Of a stretch of 64,000 bases of DNA, positions 52,702 through 63,078 are shown one piece after another; the stretch's first letter is position 1; every line of letters begins with the position of its first letter. The DNA lies in assembly GCA_963728565.1 (NCBI GenBank), contig CAVSLC010000002.1, positions 128,001 to 192,000 on the forward strand, given 5' to 3'. The translations under genes were made by a program, and so were the position numbers. This DNA comes from an uncultured delta proteobacterium. Its GTDB lineage: Bacteria > Desulfobacterota > Binatia > UBA9968. The notes beneath the pieces are model-generated. The model was given only the letters and a program-made list of their open reading frames with translations, ran no database searches and was not told the DNA's origin.

Positions 52702-53845
52702 TTGCCGGCGTTGGGGAGTTCTCCGTGGATTGCGCAAACTCGTTTGCACCACCCAGATTATCAGGCGGGCATTTTCTTTGTCCATTGTTGCGGGATTGAT
52801 GTTGAGCTCGATGCTCTCGGGTTGTTCGCCGATCTATTTTCTGCGCGCCGCATACGAGGAAGGACGAATACTCTGGCGCCGCCAGCCGATCGCAAACTTC
52901 TTGGCCACTCCGGATCTGCATACAGACACCAAAGAAAAGCTCACTACAGTATTGGCAGTGCGCGACTATGCCCAGAACGTTCTCAATCTTAACGTGTCCG
53001 GGAGTTACGCAAGTTACTCTTATGTCGACCGGCCGGATCTGACGTACCTGGTCATCGCCGCTCCCCAAACCGAACTGCGGCCTTATACCTGGTGGTTCTT
53101 AGTCGTCGGTCATGTGCCGTACAAAGGTTTTTTTAGTAAGAGCGAGGCGCAGTCGGAAGCCGAACGTCTTCATAGGCAAGGCTATGACACGACGATCCGA
53201 ACTTCGGCGGCGTTCAGCACGCTTGGCTGGTTTGACGATCCGCTGCTCTCACACCTTCTCAGATTCGACAAAATCGCTCTAAGCGAGGTGGTTTTTCACG
53301 AACTCTTTCATAATACTTTGTATATAAAAGGAGCAGGCGCCTTTAACGAGAGCGCCGCTAATTTCGTCGGCCATCGAGCAACCATCGATTTTTTCAGTCA
53401 AAGATTCGGCCCTGACAGCGCGGAACATCGAAGGGCGGTTCAACTGTGGCAGGAAGAGCTTGAATTTGCCGGTTTTATCGAAGACCTTATCGTCAATCTT
53501 TCAGGGCTGTATCGGCGCAATATAGCGAAGCAAGACAAGCTGCGCATACGTGAAGAAGTATTCGCCCGCAGCCAATCCGAATGGGCCCGACGCATTGCGG
53601 ATCAACCGGCGCATCGTTTCCGCGGCTTTTCCCAACAGCCGCTCAATAATGCGGTGCTAATGCACTATGGCGTTTATCTAAACAACCTGCAGCTATTTGA
53701 GTCTTTGTACGAGCTCGAAGGTCGTAATCTCGTTCGGACAATCGCTGCTTTAGAGCAAGCTACGCAAAATGGCGGCGAGCCGTTCGCGGCCCTACGTTCC
53801 TGGTTAACAAAGCAGAGGACCGGAGCGATCGAGCAGGCCGGATGA
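52694..53845 (+). CDS. Putative zinc aminopeptidase lipoprotein (DUF2265-like)
   Basis: Lipobox LSGC, WWF.VVG.VPYKGFF, AFSTLGWFDDP, HELFH, FNES; start uncertain. Confidence 0.85.
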   Translation: MGSCRRWGVLRGLRKLVCTTQIIRRAFSLSIVAGLMLSSMLSGCSPIYFLRAAYEEGRILWRRQPIANFLATPDLHTDTKEKLTTVLAVRDYAQNVLNLNVSGSYASYSYVDRPDLTYLVIAAPQTELRPYTWWFLVVGHVPYKGFFSKSEAQSEAERLHRQGYDTTIRTSAAFSTLGWFDDPLLSHLLRFDKIALSEVVFHELFHNTLYIKGAGAFNESAANFVGHRATIDFFSQRFGPDSAEHRRAVQLWQEELEFAGFIEDLIVNLSGLYRRNIAKQDKLRIREEVFARSQSEWARRIADQPAHRFRGFSQQPLNNAVLMHYGVYLNNLQLFESLYELEGRNLVRTIAALEQATQNGGEPFAALRSWLTKQRTGAIEQAG

Positions 53846-53865
53846 GGTACAGGCCGGGAAAGCGC

Positions 53866-54738
53866 TCACCAAAGCTGTTTTGTTGCCTCACGAAAACTTC
53901 GGATCGCTTCGATATGAGCGGCAGGGTTGCCAAACCCAGCGTTCATGGTGTTGACACTGAGGTGGGTTGCGCCTACTTCCTTCCAAGCTTTGATCTGTTC
54001 CTGCCATGTCTCGGCCGATTTAGCGCTTATCGTTATTCGACCCTCGATGCCAATCGTTTTCGGGTCTCGTCCGGCCTCACGGGCATAGGTCGTGATCTTC
54101 TCAATCGCGGCGCGGCATTTCTCGTCGGGAGGCAGTTGAGGAAACCAGCCGTCACCTAGACGTGCTAAACGCCGAAGCACCCGGTCGTGACCGCCGCCAA
54201 ACCAGATCGGAATCGGCCGTTGAACCGGCAATGGATTGATCCCGGCATCGCTGATCTTGTGCCAACGACCATCGAAGCTGACGAGCTCCTGGGTCCAGAG
54301 CAGACGCAGCAGTTCAACCTGTTCTTCCGCGCGCTGCCCGCGATTACTAAAATTTTCGCCCAGCGCTTCATACTCGACCGGATTCCAGCCGATACCAATC
54401 CCCAGCCGCAAACGGCCGCCGCTCAATATGTCCAGAGCCGCTGCCTGTTTTGCGACCAAGCAGGTTTGTCGCTGCGGCAAGATGAGAACTCCGGTCACCA
54501 ATTCGATTGTCTTGGTCAGTCCTGCCAGATAGGCGAAAAGAACGAACGGCTCGTGAAATGTGCTCTGATGTGTGTAGGGTGGCCGCCAACCGGGCCGGCT
54601 CGCGGGATTGGCGCCTAACACATGGTCATACGCCAAAATATGATGATAGCTGAGCTGTTCAGCAGCCTGGCTGTACTCCCCGATTACGGCTGCATCCGTG
54701 CCGATTTCCGTCTGGGGAAATACCACCCCTATTCGCAT
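53866..54738 (-). CDS. LLM-class (F420-type) oxidoreductase
   Basis: MRIGVVFPQTEIG, YDHVLG, HEPFVLF, LILPQRQT, GIGWNPVEY. Confidence 0.9.
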   Translation of the reverse strand: MRIGVVFPQTEIGTDAAVIGEYSQAAEQLSYHHILAYDHVLGANPASRPGWRPPYTHQSTFHEPFVLFAYLAGLTKTIELVTGVLILPQRQTCLVAKQAAALDILSGGRLRLGIGIGWNPVEYEALGENFSNRGQRAEEQVELLRLLWTQELVSFDGRWHKISDAGINPLPVQRPIPIWFGGGHDRVLRRLARLGDGWFPQLPPDEKCRAAIEKITTYAREAGRDPKTIGIEGRITISAKSAETWQEQIKAWKEVGATHLSVNTMNAGFGNPAAHIEAIRSFREATKQLW

Positions 54739-54892
54739 GGTTTTCTCCGTTCCTGGACCGATAAACCATTGATCCGTTAACTTTTGTCTAGCTCGGGGCT
54801 TGCTTTTTGTCCAGCTCGTACGCAAATTACCATCCGTGGTGTATACTTGACATCACTTAACCAGATCGTACGATACGGCAAAAGGGGAATTT

Positions 54893-55771
54893 ATGAACAT
54901 GCTTCGTACAACTGTTCTGCTGGCATTGTTGACGGCGCTGCTCGTCTGGGTCGGTAGCATTCTCGGCGGACACCAGGGAGCAGTAATTGCCTTTGTCATC
55001 GCTGCCGCAATGAACTTTTTCAGTTATTGGTTCAGCGACAAAATCGTCATCAAAATGTATCAAGGGCAAGAAATCACGCCGCAGGATGATCCGGAGCTTT
55101 ACGGATTGGTGCAGGATCTCACTCAACGCGCCGGATTGCCGATGCCCAAGGTCTACATGCTGCCGCAGGAGACGCCGAACGCGTTTGCCACGGGCCGCAA
55201 TCCGCAGCATGCCGCAGTGGCGGTCACGGCGGGGATTCGCCGCATTCTCGACAAGCGCGAGCTCGCCGGCGTTTTAGGCCATGAGCTGGCGCACGTGGCT
55301 AATCGCGATATTCTCGTCAGCACGATCGCCGCCACCCTGGCCGGCGCCATCAGCTACCTGGCGCAAATGGCGCAATGGGCCGCCATCTTCGGCGGCGGAC
55401 ATAGGGATGATCGCGAGGGCGGCAGTAATATGATCAGCCTGCTGGTGATGATGATTGTCGCGCCATTGGCGGCGATGCTGATTCAAATGGCGGTGTCGAG
55501 ATCTCGGGAATACGGTGCCGATGTTGGGGGTGCCAAAACCACTGGAGATCCGCTCGCATTAGCCAGCGCTTTGCGCAAGCTTCACCTCGGCTCACAGCAC
55601 ATTCCTCTTGAGACCAGCCAGGCTACGGCCAGCGCCACAGCGCATATGTTTATCGTCAATCCGCTGACCGGGGGAGGATTGGCCGCGCTGTTTAGCACGC
55701 ACCCGCCGATGGAAGATCGAATCGCCCGTCTCGAGGCGATGGCCCGGGACCACAGCTACATGCGGCGTTAA
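54893..55771 (+). CDS. htpX: Zinc metalloprotease HtpX
   Basis: [28 protein letters not shown]. Confidence 0.95.
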   Translation: MNMLRTTVLLALLTALLVWVGSILGGHQGAVIAFVIAAAMNFFSYWFSDKIVIKMYQGQEITPQDDPELYGLVQDLTQRAGLPMPKVYMLPQETPNAFATGRNPQHAAVAVTAGIRRILDKRELAGVLGHELAHVANRDILVSTIAATLAGAISYLAQMAQWAAIFGGGHRDDREGGSNMISLLVMMIVAPLAAMLIQMAVSRSREYGADVGGAKTTGDPLALASALRKLHLGSQHIPLETSQATASATAHMFIVNPLTGGGLAALFSTHPPMEDRIARLEAMARDHSYMRR

Positions 55772-56451
55772 GTTTCGCCCGTCTCATTCCCAGTTACGAT
55801 CGGCGACAGTACCTTCTCTTCTAACCAGGCCGAGAGGTCCGAAAGGCTTCTCGGCCTGATTTCATGGCCCATCTCATACTCCCGATAAGTTACCGGGATG
55901 CGCGCTTGACGCAGTGTTTCCACGGACCGTCTTGCGCGGTCGACTTCGATCATTGAATCCTGAGTGCCGTGTTGAACCAAGGTTGGCAAAGTTTGCGCTG
56001 AATTGCTCAGCGACAAGTGCGGCACGAGCTCCGGCGGCAGCCAGCTACTTAGCGCCACGAGCGCGGCAAATCGATCCGGATACGCCAGAGCCAAACTGTA
56101 GGCCATAACGCCGCCTTGGCTAAAGCCGAGAATTGCCAACCTCTTTGTATCGATCGGATAATGCGCGACACAGTCGTCGAGAAACTGTCGCAGCCGTTGT
56201 TGAGACACTAACATCGACCCAATATCCGGCGGTCCGCCCATGCTCATGGGATACCAGGCGTAACCAGTGGCTTCCGGTCCGATGGGTGTTTCCAACGGGC
56301 CCTGAGGGCAGATGATAAGGAATCGGCCGGCGCAGAGGTATGGGGCGAGACTGAGCAGATCGAATGCGCTGGCGCCTCTACCGTGCAACGTCAGAATGGT
56401 TGGATGCGGGCCTTTTCCCGCAGGCTCGTAAAGTGTGTGAATCAGTTCCAT
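55768..56451 (-). CDS. Phospholipase/carboxylesterase (alpha/beta hydrolase)
   Basis: LHGRG, GFSQGG, HGTQD, MGHEI. Confidence 0.9.
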   Translation of the reverse strand: MELIHTLYEPAGKGPHPTILTLHGRGASAFDLLSLAPYLCAGRFLIICPQGPLETPIGPEATGYAWYPMSMGGPPDIGSMLVSQQRLRQFLDDCVAHYPIDTKRLAILGFSQGGVMAYSLALAYPDRFAALVALSSWLPPELVPHLSLSNSAQTLPTLVQHGTQDSMIEVDRARRSVETLRQARIPVTYREYEMGHEIRPRSLSDLSAWLEEKVLSPIVTGNETGET

Positions 56452-56622
56452 TATGTAACCTCGGGAGAATGTTTTAACCGCGTACTTATCGAGCTATTCA
56501 GGTTATGCCAATGCGCCTTGACGCAAGCCGCTTGTTCACCGCGCCCGGTTCCGGCTCATCTAGAACCAATGCTGCTGTGACATATTCTCCTTCCGGATAT
56601 GCGACTCCAGTGCCTTCCGGCT

Positions 56623-58314
56623 CTAGGCTCTCATCGCCTCAAGGCTTTTTAGAGATTTTCTGATCGACACCGCCACGGCGGCGACCGTCACGGCGATCGC
56701 AGTCAGCAGAGAGGGGGCGATCACCCATTCTATGGAAGTGTGGGATTCTCCAGCCCCGAATGAGCGGCTGGTCAGCAGATAAACCGGGTAGGCTTCGATC
56801 ATAACAATAAGGCCGATGAAGCCGATGCTGAAGATCATGCAGATCGCGCCGCCGAAGCTGGTGGGGATTTCGGCCACATGATCATAAGTAAATTTGGGAT
56901 AGATTGCGCCGAGGCCAACGCAAATCGCGGTAATACCGAAGGTCATTAGAAAGATCGTCACCAGCGATAAGATCATCATCCAGTTCGGTACGCCTAACAT
57001 CAGATTGCTGAAAAAGACTAGTAACTCACCGAGAAAAAGAAGTGGCAATAAGTTTAGCCAAAACTTACTCCAGAGCAGCGTTTTGAGCGATATCGGTGAG
57101 GTTTGTAAGAGCCAAAACGCGTTGCCTTCCAGACTTACTGCCGGGAACGCAAAGCGCATGGCGACCGCGCTGAGCACGAACCCGGCCAGGGCCAAATTGA
57201 CGAAGGCCACCACGGTTCTCAAAGTTCCAGCCGGCATGGGCGATCGATCGAGCGGCAACACTTTGAAATTGTAGAGGTAGACGACAATGAGGGCGATCAG
57301 CAGGAATACTTGCGACCATTGGCTGCTATCACGCATGAAAGTTTTGATATCCTTGATCAAAATAGCTCGCATCACTCCGGAAAATGGCCGAGTGAGTAAA
57401 CTGATGAGCAGATCGAGCCATTTTAGTTTTCGCCGTCCCTGATTCGACTCTTGTGCCTTTGACCAGCCGTCCAGATACACTGCGCCCGAGACCCATGACG
57501 TGACCAGCGGAAAAAACAGCCCATAGCTCGCCAGCAAGGCAAAGAAAAAGGCCTGGTCTGTAGAGCGGTTAAATAGAGTTCCAGCCAAGATTTCAGCCGA
57601 CCAACTGCTCGGTAAATAGGGCGAAGAAGGTGTTTCCATCGCGGTTAGGAACTGGACAAAGTGCCCGAAGCTTTCCGGCCGCACTAATCTTTCCGGCTGG
57701 GAAAACCGGAAGAGAAAATAAATCAAAATGAAGGCAAACAGGCCGACAAAAAAAAGTATATCGCGGATGCGCTTGGCGGGAAGAAAGTAGACGAATAAAT
57801 GCGTAGCCAAAACCCCGAATGCCGCGGGGATGATCAAAAACAGCGGCAGACTCAACATCAGCCATAGGTAAAAGATGACTCCGCCGCCGAAGACCGTGTT
57901 GTAGGCGCCGAAAATCGGCAAACTGAAAAATAGCACCATCCACGACGAATTAACCGTGGTCATGAGCAAACGCGAATAATAAAAATGATTGTGCGACAGC
58001 GGTGTAGAGATGATCAAGTCCAGATCGCGCGCGAGAAAAAATGCCGAGAGCGCTGTTATCAGATTGCTGAACAGAAGCATCGATAGAAAAGTCAGCAGAA
58101 TGATCAACAGGAGTTGATAGGCCAGGGCAGGGCCGAGGTCATGCACGGATTGAAAATACATCAGTACGCGGCGAATTACATAGAACGTGCCGATCCAGAA
58201 ACAGATCCCCAGGGTCAGGAGCGACCAGCGGCGGCCCGTCCGAGCCCGGCGCCGATGAAAGTCGTTTTGCCATGCCAACCACTTGGGCGAGAGAAGTAGC
58301 AGAATCGTGCTCAA
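56623..58314 (-). CDS. Large ABC exporter permease
   Basis: 563 aa, many TM helices, KD..F.RD, FPAVSLEG..FWLL motif; overlaps the ATPase stop. Confidence 0.82.
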   Translation of the reverse strand: MSTILLLLSPKWLAWQNDFHRRRARTGRRWSLLTLGICFWIGTFYVIRRVLMYFQSVHDLGPALAYQLLLIILLTFLSMLLFSNLITALSAFFLARDLDLIISTPLSHNHFYYSRLLMTTVNSSWMVLFFSLPIFGAYNTVFGGGVIFYLWLMLSLPLFLIIPAAFGVLATHLFVYFLPAKRIRDILFFVGLFAFILIYFLFRFSQPERLVRPESFGHFVQFLTAMETPSSPYLPSSWSAEILAGTLFNRSTDQAFFFALLASYGLFFPLVTSWVSGAVYLDGWSKAQESNQGRRKLKWLDLLISLLTRPFSGVMRAILIKDIKTFMRDSSQWSQVFLLIALIVVYLYNFKVLPLDRSPMPAGTLRTVVAFVNLALAGFVLSAVAMRFAFPAVSLEGNAFWLLQTSPISLKTLLWSKFWLNLLPLLFLGELLVFFSNLMLGVPNWMMILSLVTIFLMTFGITAICVGLGAIYPKFTYDHVAEIPTSFGGAICMIFSIGFIGLIVMIEAYPVYLLTSRSFGAGESHTSIEWVIAPSLLTAIAVTVAAVAVSIRKSLKSLEAMRA

Positions 58315-59069
58315 ACCGGCCGCTCCCGAGGCAATGCTAAGTCGGCCTGCTGCTGGGTTAACTCAAGAAAAACATCTTCCAAATTACTGTCGTGACCCCG
58401 AGTGAGTCGGTAAATGTCCGCCATGGTCCCACTGGCGATCAGATGGCCCTTCTGAATAATTCCGATTCGGTGGCATACTTCCTCGGCCACGCTGATGCTA
58501 TGGGTCGATAAGAAAACCGTCGTACCGTTTTTCGCCAACGAACGAAATAGGTCCTTAAGGGTGCGCGCACCCTTGGGATCCAAGCCGACCATCGGCTCAT
58601 CGACAATGAGAATGCGCGGCTCATGGACAAGCGCCGCGCACAACACCAGGCGCTGTTTCATGCCGTGGGAAAACCCTTCCACTAACTCGTCCTGCCAATC
58701 GGCTAATTCGAAATATTCCAAGAGCTCGTCAATCCTGTGTTTCAATCGAGCCGATTCCATTCGGTGTAGCTTAGCGACAAACGTAAGGAATTCTTTGCCG
58801 CTGAGTTTCTCATAAATAAACGGGCGATCGGGGATGAATCCGGCGATAGCTTTGGCTTGCTGCGGCTCGTGTTCGACATCGTGCCCGCCGAGAATCACTC
58901 GGCCCGAGCTCGCTCTCAAGATCCCCATCATTACTCGGATGGTCGTGGTCTTGCCCGCGCCGTTGGGGCCCAGGAAGCCAAATATTTCTCCCGGGGCAAC
59001 TTCGATGTTGAGATTATCTACAGCAGCCAGGCGGCCGTACTGTTTGCGTAAATTGATTATGCGAATCAT
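58311..59069 (-). CDS. ABC transporter ATP-binding protein
   Basis: GPNGAGKTT, FSHGMKQR, VDEPMVGLD, STH. Confidence 0.92.
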   Translation of the reverse strand: MIRIINLRKQYGRLAAVDNLNIEVAPGEIFGFLGPNGAGKTTTIRVMMGILRASSGRVILGGHDVEHEPQQAKAIAGFIPDRPFIYEKLSGKEFLTFVAKLHRMESARLKHRIDELLEYFELADWQDELVEGFSHGMKQRLVLCAALVHEPRILIVDEPMVGLDPKGARTLKDLFRSLAKNGTTVFLSTHSISVAEEVCHRIGIIQKGHLIASGTMADIYRLTRGHDSNLEDVFLELTQQQADLALPRERPV

Positions 59070-59190
59070 AGCGAGGGAGTCTGCTCTATTTAACGCGTCC
59101 AAGCCCCCGGCCGCTAAAGATCCAAGGCAGATAACTCGGCTAGGAATTATCCGCGCCACCCGGGTTGCTAGAGTCCGTCGATTTAGTGAA

Positions 59191-60654
59191 TTATTCCTGT
59201 TCCAGAACTTCTATTCTCAGATTGCCGATCAATTTAAGCATATCCAACTGCCGGTCGATTTCGCCTTCGATGAATTTGACGTGAGTGACATCGGCGGGAA
59301 ACTGATCGAGCACCGAGTCCAAGGAGATCCATTTGCCAAGCCAAACTTCGGACCAGGCGTGATAATAAAATGCGCCGCGCAGATAGACCAACCCAACTAC
59401 GGTTCTGGCGGGAATGCCCGCGGCGCGAGCGAGCGCGTTGAACAGCACAGTATGTTCGTTGCAATCCCCCTTTTTGGTTTGCAGCACTTGGAGAGCGTTA
59501 GGGATACTGATAGTCGGCTGCTTTTCGATTTCGTTGTAGACCCAATTTTTCAGGCGCACGACCGCTCTGTGCGCATCTGTTTCCGCGCCGAGGATTTGCA
59601 TGGCACGATCGCGGATCGATGGATGATCGCTTTGCAGAAATGGAGTGGGGTTCAAGAATGAGCCGAAGCGGCGATCTTTTAGCGGGATCTTGTAAGTGTC
59701 GGACGGGCTAACCTGCTCTCGCTCTATGCGCAAGACATCCTCGCTAAACTTCTGGCGTTCACCATGCAATGCGAATTCTACCAAGTTCAGGCCGCTTAAT
59801 CTTAGTCGAAGCTTACTTCTACTTTGCGGCTGGAGAATCGATTCGCCGACCGCGATCGAAGCGCGTGCAATCAGGTCCAAAGGAACGGCGGGCGAATCAG
59901 CGAAGCTTTTTACCTGTGGCGGAGCTTCCCGTCGGAGAGCAAATCCGCCAGGGCTTTCCTCCTTCAGCGTGCGGCCATTTCCATCGATCCACGAAACCAC
60001 CGAAATCCCTTTGAACCGTTGCCGCAATCTGATCGCCGGCACTTTTTGATCGCCGACGAGGATGTGCTCGCGAGCTTCGATGACCACCGAAGTGATTTGA
60101 TCGGCAAGAGTCGCAGGATCGAAGATTGTAAAGAAATGTTCTTTGCCGGGCTCCAACTGCTGGGTTGCGACTAAAGGTTTCAAAGCCGCGGCTAAGTAGG
60201 GCGGTTGCGTCAGTGCGATAATCTGCTTCGACGTATGGCCGGCCGACTCAATTTCGAGGTGTAATTGACCCGGAATAACCTTGCCCCGGGATTGAAAACG
60301 GACATCGTTTGACAGCAGCTCAAAATCGAAATCTTTAAGCACCCATTCTTTATCCACAGCCATGGCCAGCCGCGTCGAAGCCCGCTGAGTCGTTCCTAAT
60401 AGATTCAAGCGCAGCAGCGATTCATCGCGCAGCTGATATCCGTTCTGGCTCGGCTCAATGCTTTGTGAAGTGAAGCCGATTTTCTCGCCCTGATAGTAGA
60501 CTCCCCACCATTCCTGAGTCGCTTCCGTAAGAGTTTCCGTCGCGCTGACGAAAAGCGGAGGCGGCGGCGCCCAGAGCTGGCGTTTGATGAGTAGGACGTT
60601 CATCACGCACCAGAACACAACGACAGCGAGGCCAATGGATTGTTTCACGATCAT
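59191..60654 (-). CDS. Membrane-anchored transglutaminase-like protein
   Basis: N-terminal TM; triad GDCNEH, YHAWSEV, WISLD. Confidence 0.88.
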   Translation of the reverse strand: MIVKQSIGLAVVVFWCVMNVLLIKRQLWAPPPPLFVSATETLTEATQEWWGVYYQGEKIGFTSQSIEPSQNGYQLRDESLLRLNLLGTTQRASTRLAMAVDKEWVLKDFDFELLSNDVRFQSRGKVIPGQLHLEIESAGHTSKQIIALTQPPYLAAALKPLVATQQLEPGKEHFFTIFDPATLADQITSVVIEAREHILVGDQKVPAIRLRQRFKGISVVSWIDGNGRTLKEESPGGFALRREAPPQVKSFADSPAVPLDLIARASIAVGESILQPQSRSKLRLRLSGLNLVEFALHGERQKFSEDVLRIEREQVSPSDTYKIPLKDRRFGSFLNPTPFLQSDHPSIRDRAMQILGAETDAHRAVVRLKNWVYNEIEKQPTISIPNALQVLQTKKGDCNEHTVLFNALARAAGIPARTVVGLVYLRGAFYYHAWSEVWLGKWISLDSVLDQFPADVTHVKFIEGEIDRQLDMLKLIGNLRIEVLEQE

Positions 60655-60714
60655 GCGGTAGAACACGGCTATGGTAAATGCAAAGGCAGATCAGTTCAAA
60701 CTAAATGCCAGCAG

Positions 60715-61195
60715 ATGTCGAAATCAAATCCTCGGGAACTGAGATTCGCCGCCGACGTCATGCTTGGCAGGCTTGCGAAATGGCTCAGGGTGCTAGGACT
60801 AGATGTGCTTTATGGACGACATCTCTCAGGCGCCGGTTTGGTCCATGCGGCACGCCAAGAAAATCAGAATCATTCTCACCCGGGACCGCCGTTTACGTAC
60901 TCAACCGCAGGACTCTCTGTTGATACAAAGCGATGACTTTCGCGAACAGCTGCGTCAGGTCGTCAGCACGTTTCATCTGGCTCGAACCAACGATCTTTTC
61001 AGGCGATGTCTTATCTGCAATTCTTCGCTGCAGCCGCGTCCGAAAACTTCCGTCAAACAGGCGGTCCCCGAATATGTTTTTTCAACTCAGGAACAATTTT
61101 TTTGGTGTGCCAATTGCCGCCGTATCTACTGGCCCGCGACTCATCACCAAAAAATGCTGCAGGAAATAAAAAAATTGCAATTGGAGTGGTCTTAG
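60715..61195 (+). CDS. Mut7-C RNase domain protein (frameshift near 60862)
   Basis: FAADVMLGRLAKWLR.LG.D, then RIILTRD, RCLICN, CANCRRIYWPATH. Confidence 0.85.
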
Positions 61196-61392
61196 CTGAT
61201 GAACTAAGCCCGCGAAAGCTCGCCACGCTCCGTTTGCCATGCCCAGGATCGTTTCCCCTGCCTGGAATTTGCTGGATTCGTGTGCTAATTAATTGATCTG
61301 TTCATCCCTTGGCTGAACCGGTCCGAACTGCTCGCGACTCGATACGGTGGTGGCGATGTTATCGGCGCGGGCGGATCGAAAGTAGTCTATAT

Positions 61393-61468
61393 TCCCCGGT
61401 AGCTCAGTCGGTAGAGCAGTTGGCTGTTAACCAATTGGTCGGGGGTTCGAGTCCCTCCCGGGGAGCCA
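61393..61468 (+). tRNA. tRNA-Asn (GTT)
   Basis: TCCCCGG acceptor, AGCTCAGTCGGTAGAGC D-arm, CTGTTAA loop, GTTCGAGTC T-loop, encoded CCA. Confidence 0.97.
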
Positions 61469-61485
61469 GCTTTAGACCACAAGAG

Positions 61486-61517
61486 AAAGGCCCTTCGACA
61501 ATATCGAGGGGCCTTTT
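61486..61517 (+). terminator. Intrinsic terminator after the tRNA
   Basis: AAAGGCCCTTCGA-CAATA-TCGAGGGGCCTTTT hairpin. Confidence 0.75.
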
Positions 61518-61680
61518 GCGTGTGCGGCTTTGGGATTCGGTGAAGAACTCGCCAGTCCTCTCAACCCGAGGCGGGCTCGCCTTGCGCAATCAAAGGCGGT
61601 AATTTTTATACGATACTCGATCATACGTGAGTAACGGATGTAACTGAGTGAGCAAACGTAGGGGAAAGTATTGTCTGAAT

Positions 61681-62247
61681 TCAGGTAAGTTTTTCGATCA
61701 CCGCGGCAAGTAGCTCTGGCGAGATCGGCTTGGCTAAAAACTCCGCGATTCCCGCTTCCGCGGCTTGTGCAAGGATCTCGTCGCTCTCCCAGCCGGAACA
61801 TGCAACGATCGGGATGTCTTTCGTCTGAGAATTCTCCTTTATCCTTTTGGCGGTTTCCAAACCGCTGGAGTCAGGTAGCGAAAGATCCATCACGATCAAA
61901 TCGGGATTCTCGATCAGGCTCATTCTAATTCCGGCGCGGCCATCGGCTGCTTCGCATGTTTTATAACCTAGATGACGTAAGGTGATTGTGAGCACCCGCC
62001 GAACGTCAGCCTGATCCTCGATGATCAGGATCTTCTTGCGAGCAATCGATGCACTTGCCTCTCTTCCACTAGCCTGCGTGCAGGTTCCTTGGCGTTGGTG
62101 CTCGACACATTCAGGACAGAATTCATCCATCGGAGGAGCACCGTGGTCGTGTTTGTCGAAATCTGTAACCGGCCAATTCGGACAATTTGAACAGAAATGC
62201 CAAAGATCCGTGTTGTGCGTCTTGCGGTAAGAAATTTTCGTTGCCAC
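61681..62247 (-). CDS. Response regulator with an N-terminal Cys-rich domain
   Basis: WHFCSNCPNWP...CPEC...C then KILIIED, MDLSLPD, KP receiver motifs. Confidence 0.85.
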   Translation of the reverse strand: MATKISYRKTHNTDLWHFCSNCPNWPVTDFDKHDHGAPPMDEFCPECVEHQRQGTCTQASGREASASIARKKILIIEDQADVRRVLTITLRHLGYKTCEAADGRAGIRMSLIENPDLIVMDLSLPDSSGLETAKRIKENSQTKDIPIVACSGWESDEILAQAAEAGIAEFLAKPISPELLAAVIEKLT

Positions 62248-62260
62248 GGGCCGCGGGACT

Positions 62261-62275
62261 GCAAATGTCGTTCCG
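62261..62275 (-). promoter_or_regulatory. Sigma-54-like promoter 13 nt before the response regulator GTG
   Basis: CGGAAC-GACAT-TTGC (GG-N10-GC). Confidence 0.6.
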
Positions 62276-62507
62276 GCCGCTTTGGCAATTCTTGTCTAGA
62301 AATTTCCGCTGCACGACATTTGCGATGGCGGTTGGTGAGAGGTGTAAATGACTGTAACGATCAAGCAACGCTTGAACAGGGCAGTGTCATGTTGTCTTCA
62401 TAGCAAGCTCAAACTGGCAACCTGAGTTTAATAGCAGCTTTTTTGTTGCAGCCGGTATTTACAACGCAGCCGGTCATACGTTATTAACTTCAGCCACCGA
62501 CTACCGC

Positions 62508-62939
62508 ATGAATCGAGACTCAATTCCGAACGACGTTAAGCAGTTTATTTTGGAGAGAATCGAATCGGTCGCTTATCTGGAGGCGTTACTGCTTCTTCGC
62601 AGCAAACGAGATGCACTATGGAGTTGTGAGGCTGTGGCCAATCGCCTCTACATCGATCAGAAACAAACGGCCGAATTACTGGCACGCCTCGATGCAGATG
62701 GTTTTGTAACCTCAGCGGGGGCGGAGGACCCGGTGTACCGATACCAGCCGCATACCGCTCATCTACAACAGATGATCGACTCTTTAGCGGAATTCTACGG
62801 CAAGCATCTTGTTCCGATCACAAACCTGATTCACGCCAAGCCGAAAAACAGAGTTCAAGAATTCGCCGATGCTTTTAGCTTGTATCTTGTTTTATTACCG
62901 CAGCCGTACATTTGCTCTGGCGGTGTGTGTGGGGTGTAA
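62508..62939 (+). CDS. Hypothetical winged-helix-like protein; C-terminus probably altered
   Basis: IESVAYLEALLLLR, W...VANRLYI, YRYQP, QEFADAF; the tail runs into a duplicated non-coding segment. Confidence 0.65.
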   Translation: MNRDSIPNDVKQFILERIESVAYLEALLLLRSKRDALWSCEAVANRLYIDQKQTAELLARLDADGFVTSAGAEDPVYRYQPHTAHLQQMIDSLAEFYGKHLVPITNLIHAKPKNRVQEFADAFSLYLVLLPQPYICSGGVCGV

Positions 62940-63078
62940 CGGACTGTAGCCAGCAATAAACGGGTGTCATGTTGTCTTAGATGCAGTTTTGTGACGGCGC
63001 CGAAGGAGAACCGGGTATACTCGCCTTCGAGAAAATTATTGCAGTTGCTGAATGCACCTGAATTTCTGAGATATGCCG

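Noticed and set aside
58834-59661. Long antisense ORFs such as this 275-aa one and 38511-39227
   Set aside because: They lie opposite or out of frame to well-supported genes, as expected in GC-rich DNA
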